NCBI GenBank assembly: GCA_000934665.2
Contig: KZ538746.1
Span: 1-49,851 of the forward strand
Source of the DNA: Catajapyx aquilonaris
Taxonomy: Eukaryota
DNA: 49,851 bases
Reading direction: 5' to 3'
Both the position numbers and the translations under genes were made by a program. The notes under the pieces were generated by a model, which saw nothing but the letters and a program-made list of their open reading frames with translations, was not told the origin of the DNA and ran no database searches. Shown here piece after piece: positions 23,601-38,500 of this stretch; position 1 is the first letter of the stretch; every line of letters begins with the position of its first letter.

Positions 23601-26600
23601 CTGACCGAAGAACCGAAGCAAGGGCAAACAGATGATGGGGGGACTGAGGATGATGAGTCAAAGACTTTTGTTCCTCCCCCTGCATCTCAACCATCCGTAC
23701 CATCAACATCACCACTGCCTACAGCCACTGCATCTGTGGTCACCAGTACTGATTCAAGGAAATTGAGCTCTGGCCAGGGAGAAGGTTCAGATGTCAAGAC
23801 TCTACTTGCCGAGGCTATGGTGGAATCTATGGAGGACAGTTCTCAAGGAGTGACAGTTGCAGGAGCAGAAGGGAGAGATCAATCGCCCACGTCTTCTGAA
23901 AGGTAGAGAACTTTACATTATTAAGTTGCACTGTCATGCCATTTGATCTTAGAGCCAAGTTATACAAGCTTCCATAGCTCATATGGCATTAAGGAAATTT
24001 AGAGCCTGTGAAGGTCCTGCAGCCCACGAACACCCACAGTTATTTCAACAAATGTAACAAATGCAACAATAATAACAAATTGAAAACAATCAAATTCCTC
24101 TTCATCCTCCGAACGCCAAGCCACCATCCGCTCCCACTTACTGTCCTCTTCCACTACCAGTTCTATTGAGCTCTCCTCCACACCAGATCGCAAGTGGCGG
24201 ACTCACTTGAGTGGTCTCCTGGTACTACACACCTAGTAGTCCAGGACCAGTTCCGCCAGTCTCAGGCCAGCCATCAGTCCTATTCTTCCCCAAGTTCATG
24301 CATGCACCACCCTCCTCCATCATACCCTCAGCCTCAACTCCTGCTCTCGCCTCAGGTTGGCGCTGGCTCGTCTGCACCCTTGTCACTGTCCTCTTCTTCC
24401 CCTTCCACTGCAACGCCCTAGCAGCTCATATCCTTCTGAGACCCGAGAAGAATAGAGTGACGCAATCTCAGTTCCTATTGCATTTTCTGAACATTTTCCC
24501 AATAAGAAACAAGAAAAAAATTATATTAAATAATGACAAACAACCAATGAGAACATTAGGACCCAATTACTGATACAAAGCAGAACGGATGAAAGATGAA
24601 AAGGACAAGGCACAAAATGTATGGGCCAGTGGCCTTCCGTTCGATTTTCCTGAAAATGGGATATGTTGTAGCCCAGACTGACTTGATCGATGTTAGATAG
24701 GGACATTTCGAGGTAGGACCTACATGGAGCATGGTAATGACCTCTGAAGGTAATATGGGGAGTATAGTAACTACTCCCCATATTATATTAGCATGCTCTC
24801 TGTACGTCCTACCTCGAAATGTCCCTATCCAACGTTGATCAGGACTGTCTGGGCTACAACATATCCCATTTTCAGGCAAATCGAACGGAAAACCAGAACA
24901 TGTCCCATAGTACCTTCGGAGGTCATTAGCACGCTCCCTATAGGTCCTACCTCGAAATGTCCCTATCCAACATTGATCAAGAGAGTCTGGGCTACAACAT
25001 ATCCAATTTTGAGGCAAATCGAACGGAAGGCCACTGGCCCATACATTTTGTGCCTTGTCCTTTAAATGCCACTTAATGGATCGCTAACATAGTGCTCTAC
25101 CCTCCAAACAATGTTTTTTAAATTCATTTGTGGAATTCGTGGTAGCAATTCGGCTCAGAAGACAATTAAAGATAAACTGCAATTATTTTTGAATGCCACC
25201 ACTCCAGGCATGGGGCTTGTTCCTTCCCTTCTTACCCCCTAGGATGGTGTGCCCTGCCATTCTAGATTTTAAAACTGAACTGTAGTGCAAGCCACACTTG
25301 TGGGTGTATAGGTACAGGCACTTACAGAAAAGTCGCAGCCCATTCAGCTAAAAAATCTTTTTTTGGATGTCCATTTAAAGGGACACTCCACTCAAAAAAC
25401 AAGTTTGGCTCTAAAAATCAGGCAAAAAATCCTGCATCCGAAGGTGCAATCCGTTTTTCGCTACGTGGAACGGTAATCCCAGGGCGAGGGGTCAAAGTGG
25501 GGAAATTCCAATAGTGCGCTAGAAGCTGGCCGTCTGCCAGCGACGCCCTCGGGACCTTGGGAACTGGAGGGTTGGTCCCGCCTGCCCGCGCACTTAGGCC
25601 CGTCCCAGAGCGGTGTAGCCCTCCAGGTTCCCTGTTCCCCACGTGGCGGCGCCACTCATTAGCAGACGACACACTTTGACACCTCGCCCTGGGATTACTG
25701 TTCCGTGTAGCGAAAAACGAATTGCACCGTCTGATTCAGGATTTTTTGCCCGATTTTTAGAGCCAAACTTGTTTTTTGAGTGGAGTATCCCTTTAAATGG
25801 ACGTTTGGTCTCAGGAAGAAAAGAAAATCACCAGTTCTCTACAGTAACAAAGATTGTCACAGACATATCTTTTTGTATTTCCTAATGCACATTCCTTGTG
25901 AATCTCAGAACATTCTGCAATGACAAAAATCGCACTCTAAATATGAGTTTAAAAAATAAAACTTATCAGATGAGCACCTAGCTTCAGCAGCAGCATCCGC
26001 CATTTTCATGAGGGATTTAATTTCCACCGCCAAAGTCAGATATTCGACGCTAGGTGGCTACACCTATTGAGCCCAGATTGTAATCATGGGATACCAACAG
26101 ATTACAGTTCTGTTGGCATCACTAGTTGGCGCCAAAAAAGGAGGATATGGCAGAGTAATTGTCACAAATGAGTGTGGACCCTGGTTTGATTTCTGGTGGA
26201 CACTTAGATGCTCAAGTTCATGGTTTTATTGGGATGATATGAAATGTGAATGAATCGTAATACAGTAGTATAGTACCAGAGTTGATTGATGTTCCAACAG
26301 CCTTCTGTTTCTCAGCCGCTCTGATCTGGTGAAGGTTGAATCAGGGCATGCAAGTGGACACACTTCAGGCGATGAAATGGAAACTACTACTTCATCTGAC
26401 ATTGAAATAATATCCAGGTGAGGAAACTTGTTGACTTAATTTAGACAAACCAACATTAATCATGGTTACCACCTGACGGGTGGGGGGGGGGGGGGGNNNN
26501 NNNNNNNNNNNNNNNNNNNNNNNNNNNNNNNNNNNNNNNNNNNNNNNNNNNNNNNNNNNNNNNNNNNNNNNNNNNNNNNNNNNNNNNNNNNNNNNNNNNN

Positions 26601-29489
26601 NNNNNNNNNNNNNNNNNNNNNNNNNNNNNNNNNNNNNNCCCCCCCCCCCCCCAATGCAGTAACAATAGGAAATAATAATAATAATAATAATAATCCGGGT
26701 AGTGCTTGACCTCATCAGAGGTATATAGCACGGACCTTTATTTATGTCTCGTATACATATATTGGAACCTTTATACGTAACGCCTGGGCCCACGGGCAGG
26801 ATGACAGGAGGGGATGTGCAAGTGCAGTGCATCTGACGTGGTGGCCATTTTTAGTGAACTCCCCCAGGTGGTTTAGTCTGTGGGAAATACCACCCGAGAC
26901 GAAGCCAGAGGTGACCCTGAACTCTGTACGAGATGAAGGGGGTGTCCCAGGGTTGGGATCGAACCCGGGACCTTAACATCTGTGGGCGCGTACGTTACCA
27001 CAGCACCACTCCGCCTCCCCCAGTAACAATAGGAAAAATTGTAGAGAGAAAAATTGGAAGATACGCGAAGAGAAATGGCAAAAATGAAAGAAATATAAAT
27101 AAATAAAGCAAGTGCAACTACTAAAATAGCGGTTGGAAAGTAACTGCTTAATAATAAACAGCTTAGTGCAGAAAAATCGCTATCAAACCCCCCCNCCCCC
27201 CCCCCCCATAAGAATTTTCCAGCTACGCACCTGGGAAGGCTTCCATTTGTTTGTTTTTGTGCCACCCCTTCCTCCCCACCCCTTTGCAGCTGGGACTTAC
27301 TGTATATTGGCAAACTTTTCAATTTTGCATGGGTTTGTAGGCTGCATTGGTATGGAGAATAATGTCTTAGGTTGGAAAAATGGAAATTCAGTTGTAAGTC
27401 AGCCAGTCCCTCCCCTCAGCCAAGCCAATTCACTGTAGTACAGATATAATCCAGGAAGAAAGACTAAATTTAATTGAAGTGGCAAGAGAGTCTCAAAATA
27501 TTTTAAAGGGAACCTGACCAGACCCATTCAGGTCAGGTGTAGGAGGAAGGTACACCAACACCTTGAAATGCATCCATGGTTTACTTGAGTGAACTCCCTA
27601 CGAACACTGGGACACCTGTCCCACTGCTGCCAGAGGAATTCTCCATTGGTTACAGTGGCAGCTTTTGGCTGGTGCAGCTGATGTTTGGTCCAGCTGTGGG
27701 ATATGTGTTGTCTCATTGTTCAGTGAGGTGTAGACTTTATAAAACTTTGCAATCCGAGTCATTACTGCATCTGTTTGTTTTCTGTACTGCCTACCTCTAT
27801 CCCATGTGTCACCTCTGCTTAGGCCAGTTGGATTCGCATCTCTTCGAGTGTGCAGGGTTACCTTTTGAAATAATTCAGCCTTGGTGCCCTTCAGACGCTA
27901 GCCCTGGATCCACTTGTGATGACTTTGATGACTTGCTATGTTTTGAGAGGCATTTGAGATCAAGGCACTGGTTTGTGCTTGGAAGCCCTATACCAGCAAT
28001 GGGACAATGGAAATGGGAAATTATGAGCATCTGATAATGGTCAGTTAGAATATTGATACTGATGCAAAGGTAGGTTGAACTTGAAAGCTTAGCCTAGACC
28101 AGCCAGGAAAAATGTTGGTTTGTCTGAATGAGGGTTATGTTTTTATTAACCGCCCACTCACTTGTTGACAAACTTGTGTTACATTGTGATTGTCAAAAAC
28201 CTCCTTGTCCTGTGATTTTTCTTAGGAGCAAAGCATCCTCTTCGTATTAACAAATATACACTCGATAGTACATGTTCTGTCAATTTACAGCCCTAATGGT
28301 GACAGTAGCAGTACTCATTCTCGTCAGAGTCCAGCGAAATTTTTAGTTCGTGCACACAGAGGTACACTGACTCAGAGGTCAGATCGCTCTGATTCTGGCT
28401 CAGAAAGGTCTTTGAAAGGAAAGAAAGGGGAGAAGAGCTTAGCTGTGATGGAAGGTTAGATGCATACCATTCTTTCTTTGATACAGTTTTATAATTATGT
28501 TCTGCAACTGGAATGACATACATTGAAGTCCATGCTGGCTTGTGAGATAATGGGTGTGTCATGCTACATCCTCTTATTATATTTAGGATTCCTCAAGTTT
28601 TCGGAGCAACTCTCTCTACCGATGGTGGAGACAAGGGGAAATGATAGTGATAGAATGAGTAAAGTAAGTATCTGTTTTCAATGTGTTACACCTACTAACA
28701 GTGGAGTAAGAATGAACTTTTATCATCTTATTAGCGTTTGGAAGAAGTAGGTACCATTTTGCAAGCAAGAGAGAGCCAATTGATTGAACTTTCTCGGAGG
28801 AATGCTGAACTGGAGGAGTGCATTGCAATTTCACAGCGGTAAGTTTGTGTCGTATTTTAAACCTGATTTGTTTGTGTGTAGTGGTGTCATCATAGGAACC
28901 CAAGGGAAGGTGATAATTGGAAAGTGTGTGCCTGTGGTGTCACTTGTTTGCATGAATGAACCTAAGTGCAATGCATTACCGTATTAACTCTCATACAGCG
29001 GCATGCTGGTGTAGTCGAGGTCGACCAGTTTTTAGAAATGCATGATCTGGAGGCTATGCGGCATGCCGGTATAGGGCGAGGTATGCTGGTATAAGGCGAG
29101 GTTTTTGCATGTTACATTATCCTTTCTGAACTTGACATTTGCCTGAAAATCGAAATTCACGTAAAGGATATCGAAAAGGCATATTTTCCGAATAGGGTAT
29201 CTGTACCATATATTGTTTTCAATTGCAGTGCCTGGCAATAATATCTATTTAGGGCCAGTTGCACCGGCCCTTAAACAGTATGTTGGAGCAGGGGGTTCCC
29301 CTGTCAAAGCAGGGCAACGATGGCATAGGTCACAAGACACTACATATTTTATATGCACTGTGCGACAGAGCTTGCATATTTTCACAGCCTGTACACTCGC
29401 CCATTTTCATTGTAACATTATTTTAGAACGGTACCAGAAGCATTCCAAAAAATTTGGCAAGGATCAAAATTATGGAAATCTACCTTGGT

Positions 29490-29556
<67 letters not shown>

Positions 29557-32500
29557 TCATACCCTGTTATCAGCCGGCGGCTCTTTAGGGGGGAGTTTTG
29601 TTTTGACTGGAACTCTTTCTTTGCATTTTTACTTCGCTTTTGGGGATAGGGACGGAAGGAAGCGGCTCTGGCCTATTATTTTAGGAAACAACCCCGGCAT
29701 TTACCAGGAGGGACCGTGGGAAACCACTGAAAACCACTGTTAGGGTTGCCGGCCCCGGGGATCGAACCCAGGACCTCCCAATTAGCAGTCGGATACCATA
29801 TCCCATCCGCCACCACTGCTTCGGTAATGCAGTCGCTATAATTGAGCGCCATTCACAGCCATTGCTCATTAAAAGGTGCAAATGGAAGGTGGGGGGTAAA
29901 AGTAGATGGCAATTTTTTCCCGGGCCTTGGAAACTTTTAAGCAGAGACGTGACCATTACAATTATTACGTGTAATCCACAAAGCTTACCCACAACAGACC
30001 TTTTTCCAGCTCCACTCCAGATCCGCAAATATACGGTATGGAAAAGAGACAAAACGAAGGCAGGGCCACCGAGTCAGGTGCATTCCTCACATGCACCGCA
30101 TTTTGAAGGGCGTGATGAGCAACATATGTTTGAATTACGCTGCCTATATTTAGTTATGCTCCATGCACTATTAAATGGATTTAAAAGGCACTTGGGTGGG
30201 TGGGGAGCCCTAATCCTTGTTGCCCTGAATGACAGTACTCGCATGGTCATTTGTTTAGCTTCTATGTGGTACGTACGTAGGCCCTCAGTTGCTTGGTGCT
30301 GTGCCTGTGCATGACATCGACTGATGTGCTCATCGGAAAGAGGGTAGTTTGTCTACGGGACACATTAATATCTCATGGTTGTGGAATTGGGAAAATCAAA
30401 ATGGGGACTGCAACAGTGCCCCATCCAACCGACCAGCTGCAACAGCGAAACCTCCATGAGCCCGAGAGTATCCCGGAGACGTATACTCGACGCTGCTGTC
30501 TCGAGTTATACTCGAGGATGCATAACTGCGTGACGTCAAAATGACCTATGCTGTGTGTTGCCTGGAGGCCAATCAACACCCAGCATACATCATTTTGACG
30601 TCACGCAGTTACGCATCCTTGAGTTCAACTCGAGACAACCGCGTCGAGTATACGTCTCCCAGAGTGTAGCTGTCACAGCATTGGACAATGCTTTTGCATT
30701 TCTGGATGAAAGAAAGAACTAGGACGACTTGGCCATAAGTTGTCTTTTACCGTGACTTATACCCGACGGGAAGTGGATTCGTGGAGGTTCTCCAATGACC
30801 TGTCCCACTTTCCGTGCATCAATCGTGTGGAAAGAATACAATAGTGGATGGTGAACCATGTTATGCTTCATAAATTTCCGAACTGCATTATTTGTTGATT
30901 ATTATTTGCTGACATTGTAGTGCAGTAATGAAATTTATCGACTGATAGCAGTCAAAGTTTGCCGCAATGTATCATATAGAAGCCAAGCAAATGATCCTGC
31001 CAGTACTGCCATTCAGGGCAACTAGGCGTTTCATTGCATGACTTGAGTGCTGCAGATTTCACCTCTTCACCATGCAGCATCTCCGCAGACCTGCATACAC
31101 GTGTTGGTTGCACTATAAAGCGCATCTGTCGTGCATGGCAGGTAGTTCGGTCTCAACTGCGCCAACATTGTTCCAGGAGTGTTCTCGTAATATCTTTGAC
31201 TTGCTATGACGCCATACATGGTAGTAGACGATTCACATAAGAAAGGGTTCATGACCTGTAGTATAGTGATCAGTGATGGGCAGGTTAGATCTGTCAGCCG
31301 GCATTCAGCAAGTGCATAATATATCAGCATTTGGCAATGGCTCTTTTTTTCTTGCATGTCCTTCATGGTGAGGATGAGGCAGGAAGAAGGAACCAGTGTG
31401 TCGGACGGATGTTTGTTACCGATCAGTAAAGACCGTCAGGGGGGATTATTAGACAAGAGAAGAAATGAAACACACCAAAACAAACTAATTTCTCGGGAAT
31501 CCTGCGACTCAGGGCCGGTCTGAAACCAGGGGGTTCAGAGTGACAGGCAAGCATTCTAACCACTCTGATGCGTAACACCTGCTTGCCTCCCATGCTTTTA
31601 ATCCGAATTCAACTTTGCTTGGGTGCTTGTTGTGGCTCAATCGATTAGGGCTCCCCACCCACCCACGCACCTTTTAAATGCATTTCGTAGTGCATGGAGC
31701 ATAACTAAATATAGGCAGCGTAATTCGAACATATTATGTTGCTCATCACGCCCTTCAAAGTGCTGTGCATGTGAGGAATACACCCTGCCTTCGTTTTGTC
31801 TTTTTTCCATACCGTATATTTGCGGATCTGGAGTGGAGCTGGGAAAAGGTCCGTTGTGGGTAAGCTTTGCGGATTATGCGTAATAATAATTGTAATGGCC
31901 AAGTCTCTGCTTAAAAGTTCCCAAGGCCCAGGAAAAAATTATCATCAACTTCCCCCCCGCCCCCCCCGTTTGCACATTTTAATGAGCAATGGCTGTGAAT
32001 GGTGCTCAGTTATTGCGACTGCATTGCCCCTACATTGCATTGCAAAGGGCAATAGGTATGCCAAAATGGGGAGACGGAGTGGCGCTGCAGTAATGGATGC
32101 CCACGGATGTTAAGGTCCCGGGTTCGAACCCAACCCAGGGATACCCGCTTCATCTCATGCAGAGTTCTCGGGTCGTCTCTGGCTTAGTTTCGGGTGGTAT
32201 TTCCGACAGACTAAACCACCCAGTGGATCTCACAAAATGTCGATGATTTCTTCCATATGGCGAAATAAACGGAGCTGTATATGTAATCCGGGCCAACACT
32301 TGATGCAAATGCACCTTCAAGGCCACGCCAGACTTCTATTCCTTCAATTTCCAGAAGCGCTGTTATCTGCACCTCGTGTTGCCCCACCTCCCAACCACCA
32401 CGTGACTCAGTCATGCAAGAGTAGCCGAGGTAAACGAGCAAGGTTAAGGCCAAGGGGGTATTCACTCCTCAAAAAAGTGTACACCGGCTCTCTTGAGTTG

Positions 32501-35500
32501 CGGCTCTCCTCAGCTCTCCGCGTCACTCCTCGGCTCTCCCCCAGCTCACCAGCAGGCCCACTCACAGTCTTATGGGCTCACCGATCCCTCGGAGAGCCAC
32601 AAAGAGCCGCGGAGAGCCAACCAGCGGGGTAGGGACAAAGGTTGGACAAAGGCTTGGACAAAGGGACAGAGGCATCATATGACGCACTGATATGACGTCA
32701 GTATGACGTAGTTTCCCTCGGCTCTCTGCGGCTCACCAATGAGGGTGTACCGAGGGGCTCTCCGAAGTGACTACCCCCCTTGGTTAAGGCTATCCAGGCC
32801 AGACAGTAACCAGCATGGTGGGAAAAACTTTATTCACTGATGATACAATAAAGGTCTGTGCAATATACCCCAAGAGGGGTGAAAGCACTACCCATGATTA
32901 TTATTATTAGTATATTATTACAAACTGGGCATTCAATGATGTTACTAGCACCAACAAACTATGCCTGTGGCCATTGGACATGCTTAGCATACACAGCCTA
33001 CAGTATAAGCCTAGTCCTTAATGTTTGTATAGTGTTGCATGCAGTAGTATATTTTTGGGAAACAATGAATAGCTTACATTTCTTGCTAAAAAAAATCAAT
33101 TTTTGATGTTGACTTTAAATTACTAAAATAATCAGAAACTCATTGTGTAAGTAAATACAATCCTTCAGCAATGTTGGATTCCCTGTACCAAAAAATCATT
33201 CCTCATTCTTCTCACCACTAGTCTGCATTCCAGTCTTTATCAAGGGGAAGGTCAGGGATGTCCTAGACCCAGTTCACTACCAAAACACGGCTGCATTAGC
33301 TGTAAAATTGACATTTATGACTCTGGATATAAACGATGAGTTTCAGAATCAAATCTATCATGAACGTGAATTTACTGTTTGCTACCAGAGCCAAGTATTG
33401 TTCACCCATTAGGCCATTGCAGAACAGCCATGCCTAGGGACTCCACTTTGATGACACATTACCAAAGAGACTGGGTATTGATGTTGTTTTTTTCACCTTC
33501 ATTCATTTGCATGTGGCACTTACAGACACTTTTGTGGCATTTTTGGCCTGTAATTTTGTGACTTGTTTTATGCTCTAACACTCCTTCCATCAACTTTTTC
33601 TTTACTATCCTGACTTTAATGCCCACACAGTCATGTCACACCAGCTGGCATCATGTGAAACAGTATTTCATAGGATAATCTATTCAGACTATGATTGTAC
33701 CACTTTGGAGTGGGGTAAGTTATTTAATAAAATTTATTTTCTAGGCAAATGCATGAGATGGAGCAAGCACAAGCCCATGAAGCATCAAATGTGAACCGTG
33801 TTACAGAGGAGTTTACAACGAGGTTAGCCACATTAGAACGAAAATTTCAACAGACTGTGAGGGATAAAGAAATCCTACAAAAAGAATTAGAGGTGTGTGA
33901 GATAAAATTTTTCAGTGGGATGCGGATCGAGCTGACCTGTCTACTTTTAGCAAGCAATGAAGGATGTGTCGACCCGACTCTCAAGTGATGAACTGCATGC
34001 AACAATGGCTGAGAAGGAGGAGGAAGTTCGGGAACTGAGGGAGGAAGGTGAGAAATTGGCCAAACAACTGGGACAGCAGTCATCGTTGTTAAAGAAATTG
34101 CGAGCCAAGGAGAAGGAAACTGAGAGCACAGTTCGCAATCTAAGGTTAGTTGTAGTTATTGTTAACTTAGTTTTTTGCTCACGTAAAGGGACTGTACTTT
34201 TAGGGAACAGTTAGAAGAGCAAAAACATGAGGTGGAGCGACTCAAGAAAACTCTAACTGTGAAGGAAGAAGTAGAGCGTAATCAAATCGAGATGATTCGC
34301 CAGTTGACTTCTTCAGCACAGCTGCAAGAAGAACAGGCTACAACCGCTACAGGTCGCTTGGGAGATGTGCAGGCAAGATTGGAAACACTTCAAGTTGCAC
34401 TTGATGAATCACATCGAGAAATTGGAAAGCTTCGGGAACATGCACTCAGTTCGGAGATGGCTGCCAAGCAAAAGCTGCAGGGAACTGTAGAGGAAACCCA
34501 AGCAGCTGCTGAAGCAAGAGAAGCGTACTTGCTGGCACAAGTTTCTGACCTCAATGAGACATTAAAGAGGGCAGAAGAGGGACATGGCCGAAGAGAAGTG
34601 ACACTACGAGAAGAAATTGCTGATGTGATGCAGAGGTTGCAAGGAGCAGAAGCACGAAATGAGGAGCTGGCACAAAGTGTATCAGCTTCTACAAAACCTC
34701 TTCTGAGACAGCTGGAGACTCTACAAAGTACCTACACTGTGCAGCAAGATACATGGGAAAGGACGGAGCGACTTCTAAATGAGAAACTTGGTTAGTACAT
34801 TTGAAGTCTAACCCACACTATATTTTTAACCTGAGACAGTGAAATATCATGTTTCAGCATTTTGTCCGGTTTATTATGGGATGTTGATGCCCTTTTCATA
34901 AGCTTTTGCAAAGAAAGAAAATATGAAACATTATTTAGCACAATACTTCAGGCAATTGAACTTTGTTTCTACAGCTGAAGCCCAATCTCAGTTGGCAGTT
35001 GCCTTAGAAAAGGAGAGAAGTGCTACTGAGCAGTATGTGGTGCTGAATGGTAGAGTGTCAGGATTGGAGTCACAATTGAACCAACTAAGGCAAGAGAAGG
35101 CAAGGTGGGCAGCTGAAGCTGAGGCAGAGAGAAATAGAGCAGGAATTCTAGAAGAGGCCAAGGCTAGGTATGTATGAATCCAACTTGTACCTTGACACGA
35201 CATTAATATCTCATTCTCGTAGGGAGAGTTCCCATATCGAGAACTTACGTCGATCATTTGCAGAAGAAGTGTCTAGTCTTCGGAGAGAAGTAGACATGCT
35301 TGAAGGCCAGTTGGAGATGGAGCGAACTGCACTTGAAGCTGAGAGAAGGAAAGTCCAGTTACTGCAGGTGAGAGATTATCTGACCAAGTGTGTTAGTGAA
35401 TCTCATGTTACCATATGTTACAGGAGCAGCTGAGGGAGAAGGATCGGCGACTGGCTGCTTCACAGTTACCCTCCACACAACCAGAGAGCCACCACAGTTC

Positions 35501-38500
35501 ACCATGCAGCAGTCCAACACCCAGCCTTGGTCGCCTCTCTCTCACAGGTTCCATCGCAGACTCACTCACCAGTAGTAATCCATGGCCTGTATGCATTATC
35601 ATGCTTTATTTATAATACTGATTAGTAAGGTTGATTACTGAAATTAGTTTCTTAAAAGTAATGGTGCAGTGTAATTCCTAGTTGGATTCCCCACCTGGAA
35701 ACCAGTTCCGTCCAAGAGTGGGCATAGCAGACTATTTCAATTTTGAAAATATTCGTAAACCATTTGCTAGTTCACTCTAGTTCCATGGATTAAGAGCATT
35801 GTTCTCAATTCGTATTCAGAAACACAATTGAAGTTAGCCCGGATCTTATGGAGCCATAATATGTGCCGTATTTTAGAGGAATATATTTATTAAATAATTA
35901 TTTTATATATATATATATATATATATTTCTGGATGAACAGCTCATGGTAATACTTCCAAGTAATTCTCCTTGATTGCTGATTCCCCATGGGAAATTCTGA
36001 AAATGTTGATTCAAGTCTGATTAAAATTTTTAAATATCCTGTTAAAAGGCTGTGAAGTAAAATATGTGGAAGTCATTTTTTGATGACAACACCTCAGGCT
36101 CATGCGTGGTGGAGTCCAGCCAACCTATCAGGAGCAAGGCTCCTCGTATTGCCACCAATGATGACATAAACAAGGCTGCCTGTGAAGGCCTGTGTTTGAA
36201 TTTGATTCCCTACAAAAAGTAAGGTGCAGAATTTCATGACAATTTTTATTGGCTTTCACCTTAGTGAACTCAGCCAAAATAATTGTGGTGGAGAGCACAG
36301 CCTGTAATATTTCTTGCAGGCAGTACATTTTTGTTTACATAGTACTATTTCAATGACATTATTGGTGATGTCATGCCAAATAAAAATTATCAAGTGAAAA
36401 ACTTGGATACTCATAAACATGAAAATGCCAGTGTTACCCAAGGCTACAGTGAAAAAAATTACAATAGAAGTGATAAACAGGGATGTTTATAAATTTTTTT
36501 TGTTCGTGTGGTCATACTACCAAATTGGCACATGGTGGGCATAGGATTAACCCCTGCGCTACCAGATAGGCCCCAACCACACAGATTTTGGCTTACACGT
36601 ACTCAGAAGATACAGACAAGATATTTTACAAAGAATAGCAGCTATATTTTCCCGTTTTTGGAAAACACTATGAATGTGTCTAGAACAATTTTAAGTACTT
36701 GTCTAGAAGTCCCTAAATTAATTTCCCCAAAAAAGGCTATAAAAACTTGAAATTCGAGTACTGCCGACCAACTGTTAGACTGATTTAATTATGAAATGCG
36801 TGAAAATATGCGGAACAACCTTGACATCCATGCCAAATGAATTTGCTGAAATCGTTGTCCTTTGCGAGAAATAAATGAATACTTATTTGCGGATTTCTGT
36901 CACTTCGGAAAACTCCCACATTTGTTTTCTTCTTGCGAAATACGACGATTTCAGCAAATTCATCTCCTGCTCATTTGGGAGTTTTCCTGAGTGCCAGAAA
37001 GCCGCAAATAAGTATTAATTTATTTCTCGTAAAGTACTACGATTTCAGCAAATTCGTCCGGCATGGTTCTCAAGGTTGTTAATCTGCATATTTTCACACA
37101 TTTCATAATTAAATCAGCCTAACAGTTGGTCGGCAGTACTCGAATTTCGGATTTTTATGGCCTTTTTTTGGAAAACTGTGCATGTTTTGGATCTAGCACA
37201 AGAAGTACTCACAACACTCATTGATTACTAAGTTCTTTCTGAGACAAGATGGCTGAATATTGGCATACATGTACTGAGCGACATCATGAATTAGTCCACC
37301 AACCTAAGCCAATTCTGTGTTTGTGTATCAACTTTTTCTGTAGATTCAGCTACTCTCACTAAACTAAAGTTAGACCTTGGTAGTGTGTGCTATTAAAATA
37401 TGCCCCAAAATGGCAAAATCTCACTTGACTCACTACAGGAGGAGGTATTTGACCGCAGTGCTGGCACATCATTTCTGCCACATCGATCATCTCTCTATGA
37501 TTCCATGAGGGCATCTGGAGGGTCTGCATCAGTACTTGAGGGACTGCAAGCACAGCTTAAGTTACGGGAAGGTGAGTCATTACAAGCAATTGAAGCATTT
37601 CTCGAAAAAAAAACATGTCATCAAATTTGAAAAAATGAGTTAAGGGTTGTATTACATACTTTTGGAAGCCCTCTATCCAATGCTTATCTCCTATTTCTGG
37701 AAAAACCCCACATGTCAAGTGTGATTTCCCAGAAGAATCCCACATGTCAATGGTGACATGTGAGTTTTCACGGAATGATACTATTAGAAGGCTTCAGGAG
37801 TATCTGGTAAAACATGGTATATCCCCAAATGATCTAAGCACCACCCCAGGACAACCCCTGCTCATTCCATTGATGTCCATCATGAAACATGTTAAGTTCT
37901 TCAAGGCTAGACAGTCTCACTACTCGCGCAAGAAAAATTCACCTATGTACATTACCTTCCTGAAAGGCTTAATGTCAGCCTCATGCACAAATTGTTATTG
38001 GACGAAAGTAAGCCAGAAATTCATGCGACTTACAAAGTTTACTGAAAGATTTTCATGCAGAATTACAATTTAACGTTTGGCACACCTTGAAGTGATACAT
38101 GCAGTATATGCGACAATTTTGTGTACAGGATTTCAATGTGTGTTGCTGAAACTGAAAATTCCAAGCTCATGCAGGAAAAGGAACTGCGTCTTGCTAAAGC
38201 TGAAAAGTTTTATCAGTTGTCCAGTTCCTCTACAATCTGCATGTCCATGCACTGTAATAGCCCACATGTATCCGATAAGAGGACGTTTTATCCTCTCAAA
38301 TGATCAGGAAATTGGTGTGATCAATGAGTCTATACATACAAGCTAATATATGCACGTATTTCCATGAAAATAAAGTCGTTTTTGTGATATTTCCGAAAAA
38401 ATCCCATATATCAAAAATTTCAAAATAAGATTGTGATGATTTAAAATAACATTATAGTGTCTAATTTGCATAGTTGAATGCAAGTGTGTATCATATACAC

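Larger units (their letters stand above)
29826..32054. mobile_element. Large foldback element with nested insertions
   Basis: 29826-30212 is inverted at 31646-32025; 30217-30272 is inverted at 30969-31023; inner palindrome 30475-30659; terminal hairpin attgccc..gggcaat at 32023-32053. Confidence 0.7.

Noticed and set aside
24602..25061. Regularly repeated units that might suggest a CRISPR-like array
   Set aside because: Only three ~120-bp units in mixed orientation inside a TIR element, no unique spacers, eukaryotic context
26481..26652. G-run, N-gap, C-run (also gaps near 561, 18325 and 27195)
   Set aside because: Assembly gaps at homopolymers; the ORFs across them are meaningless
26695..26742. 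CTGATGAG on the minus strand in the SINE A copy 3 tail, resembling a hammerhead ribozyme core
   Set aside because: No GAAA core strand or three-stem junction; the motif is the loop of the tail hairpin and is absent from sibling copies
27576..28034. 152-aa plus-strand ORF in TMF1 intron 5
   Set aside because: No recognisable domain; the minus strand has a weak LINE-like remnant (VMTRIAKFYK), so probably decayed retroelement DNA
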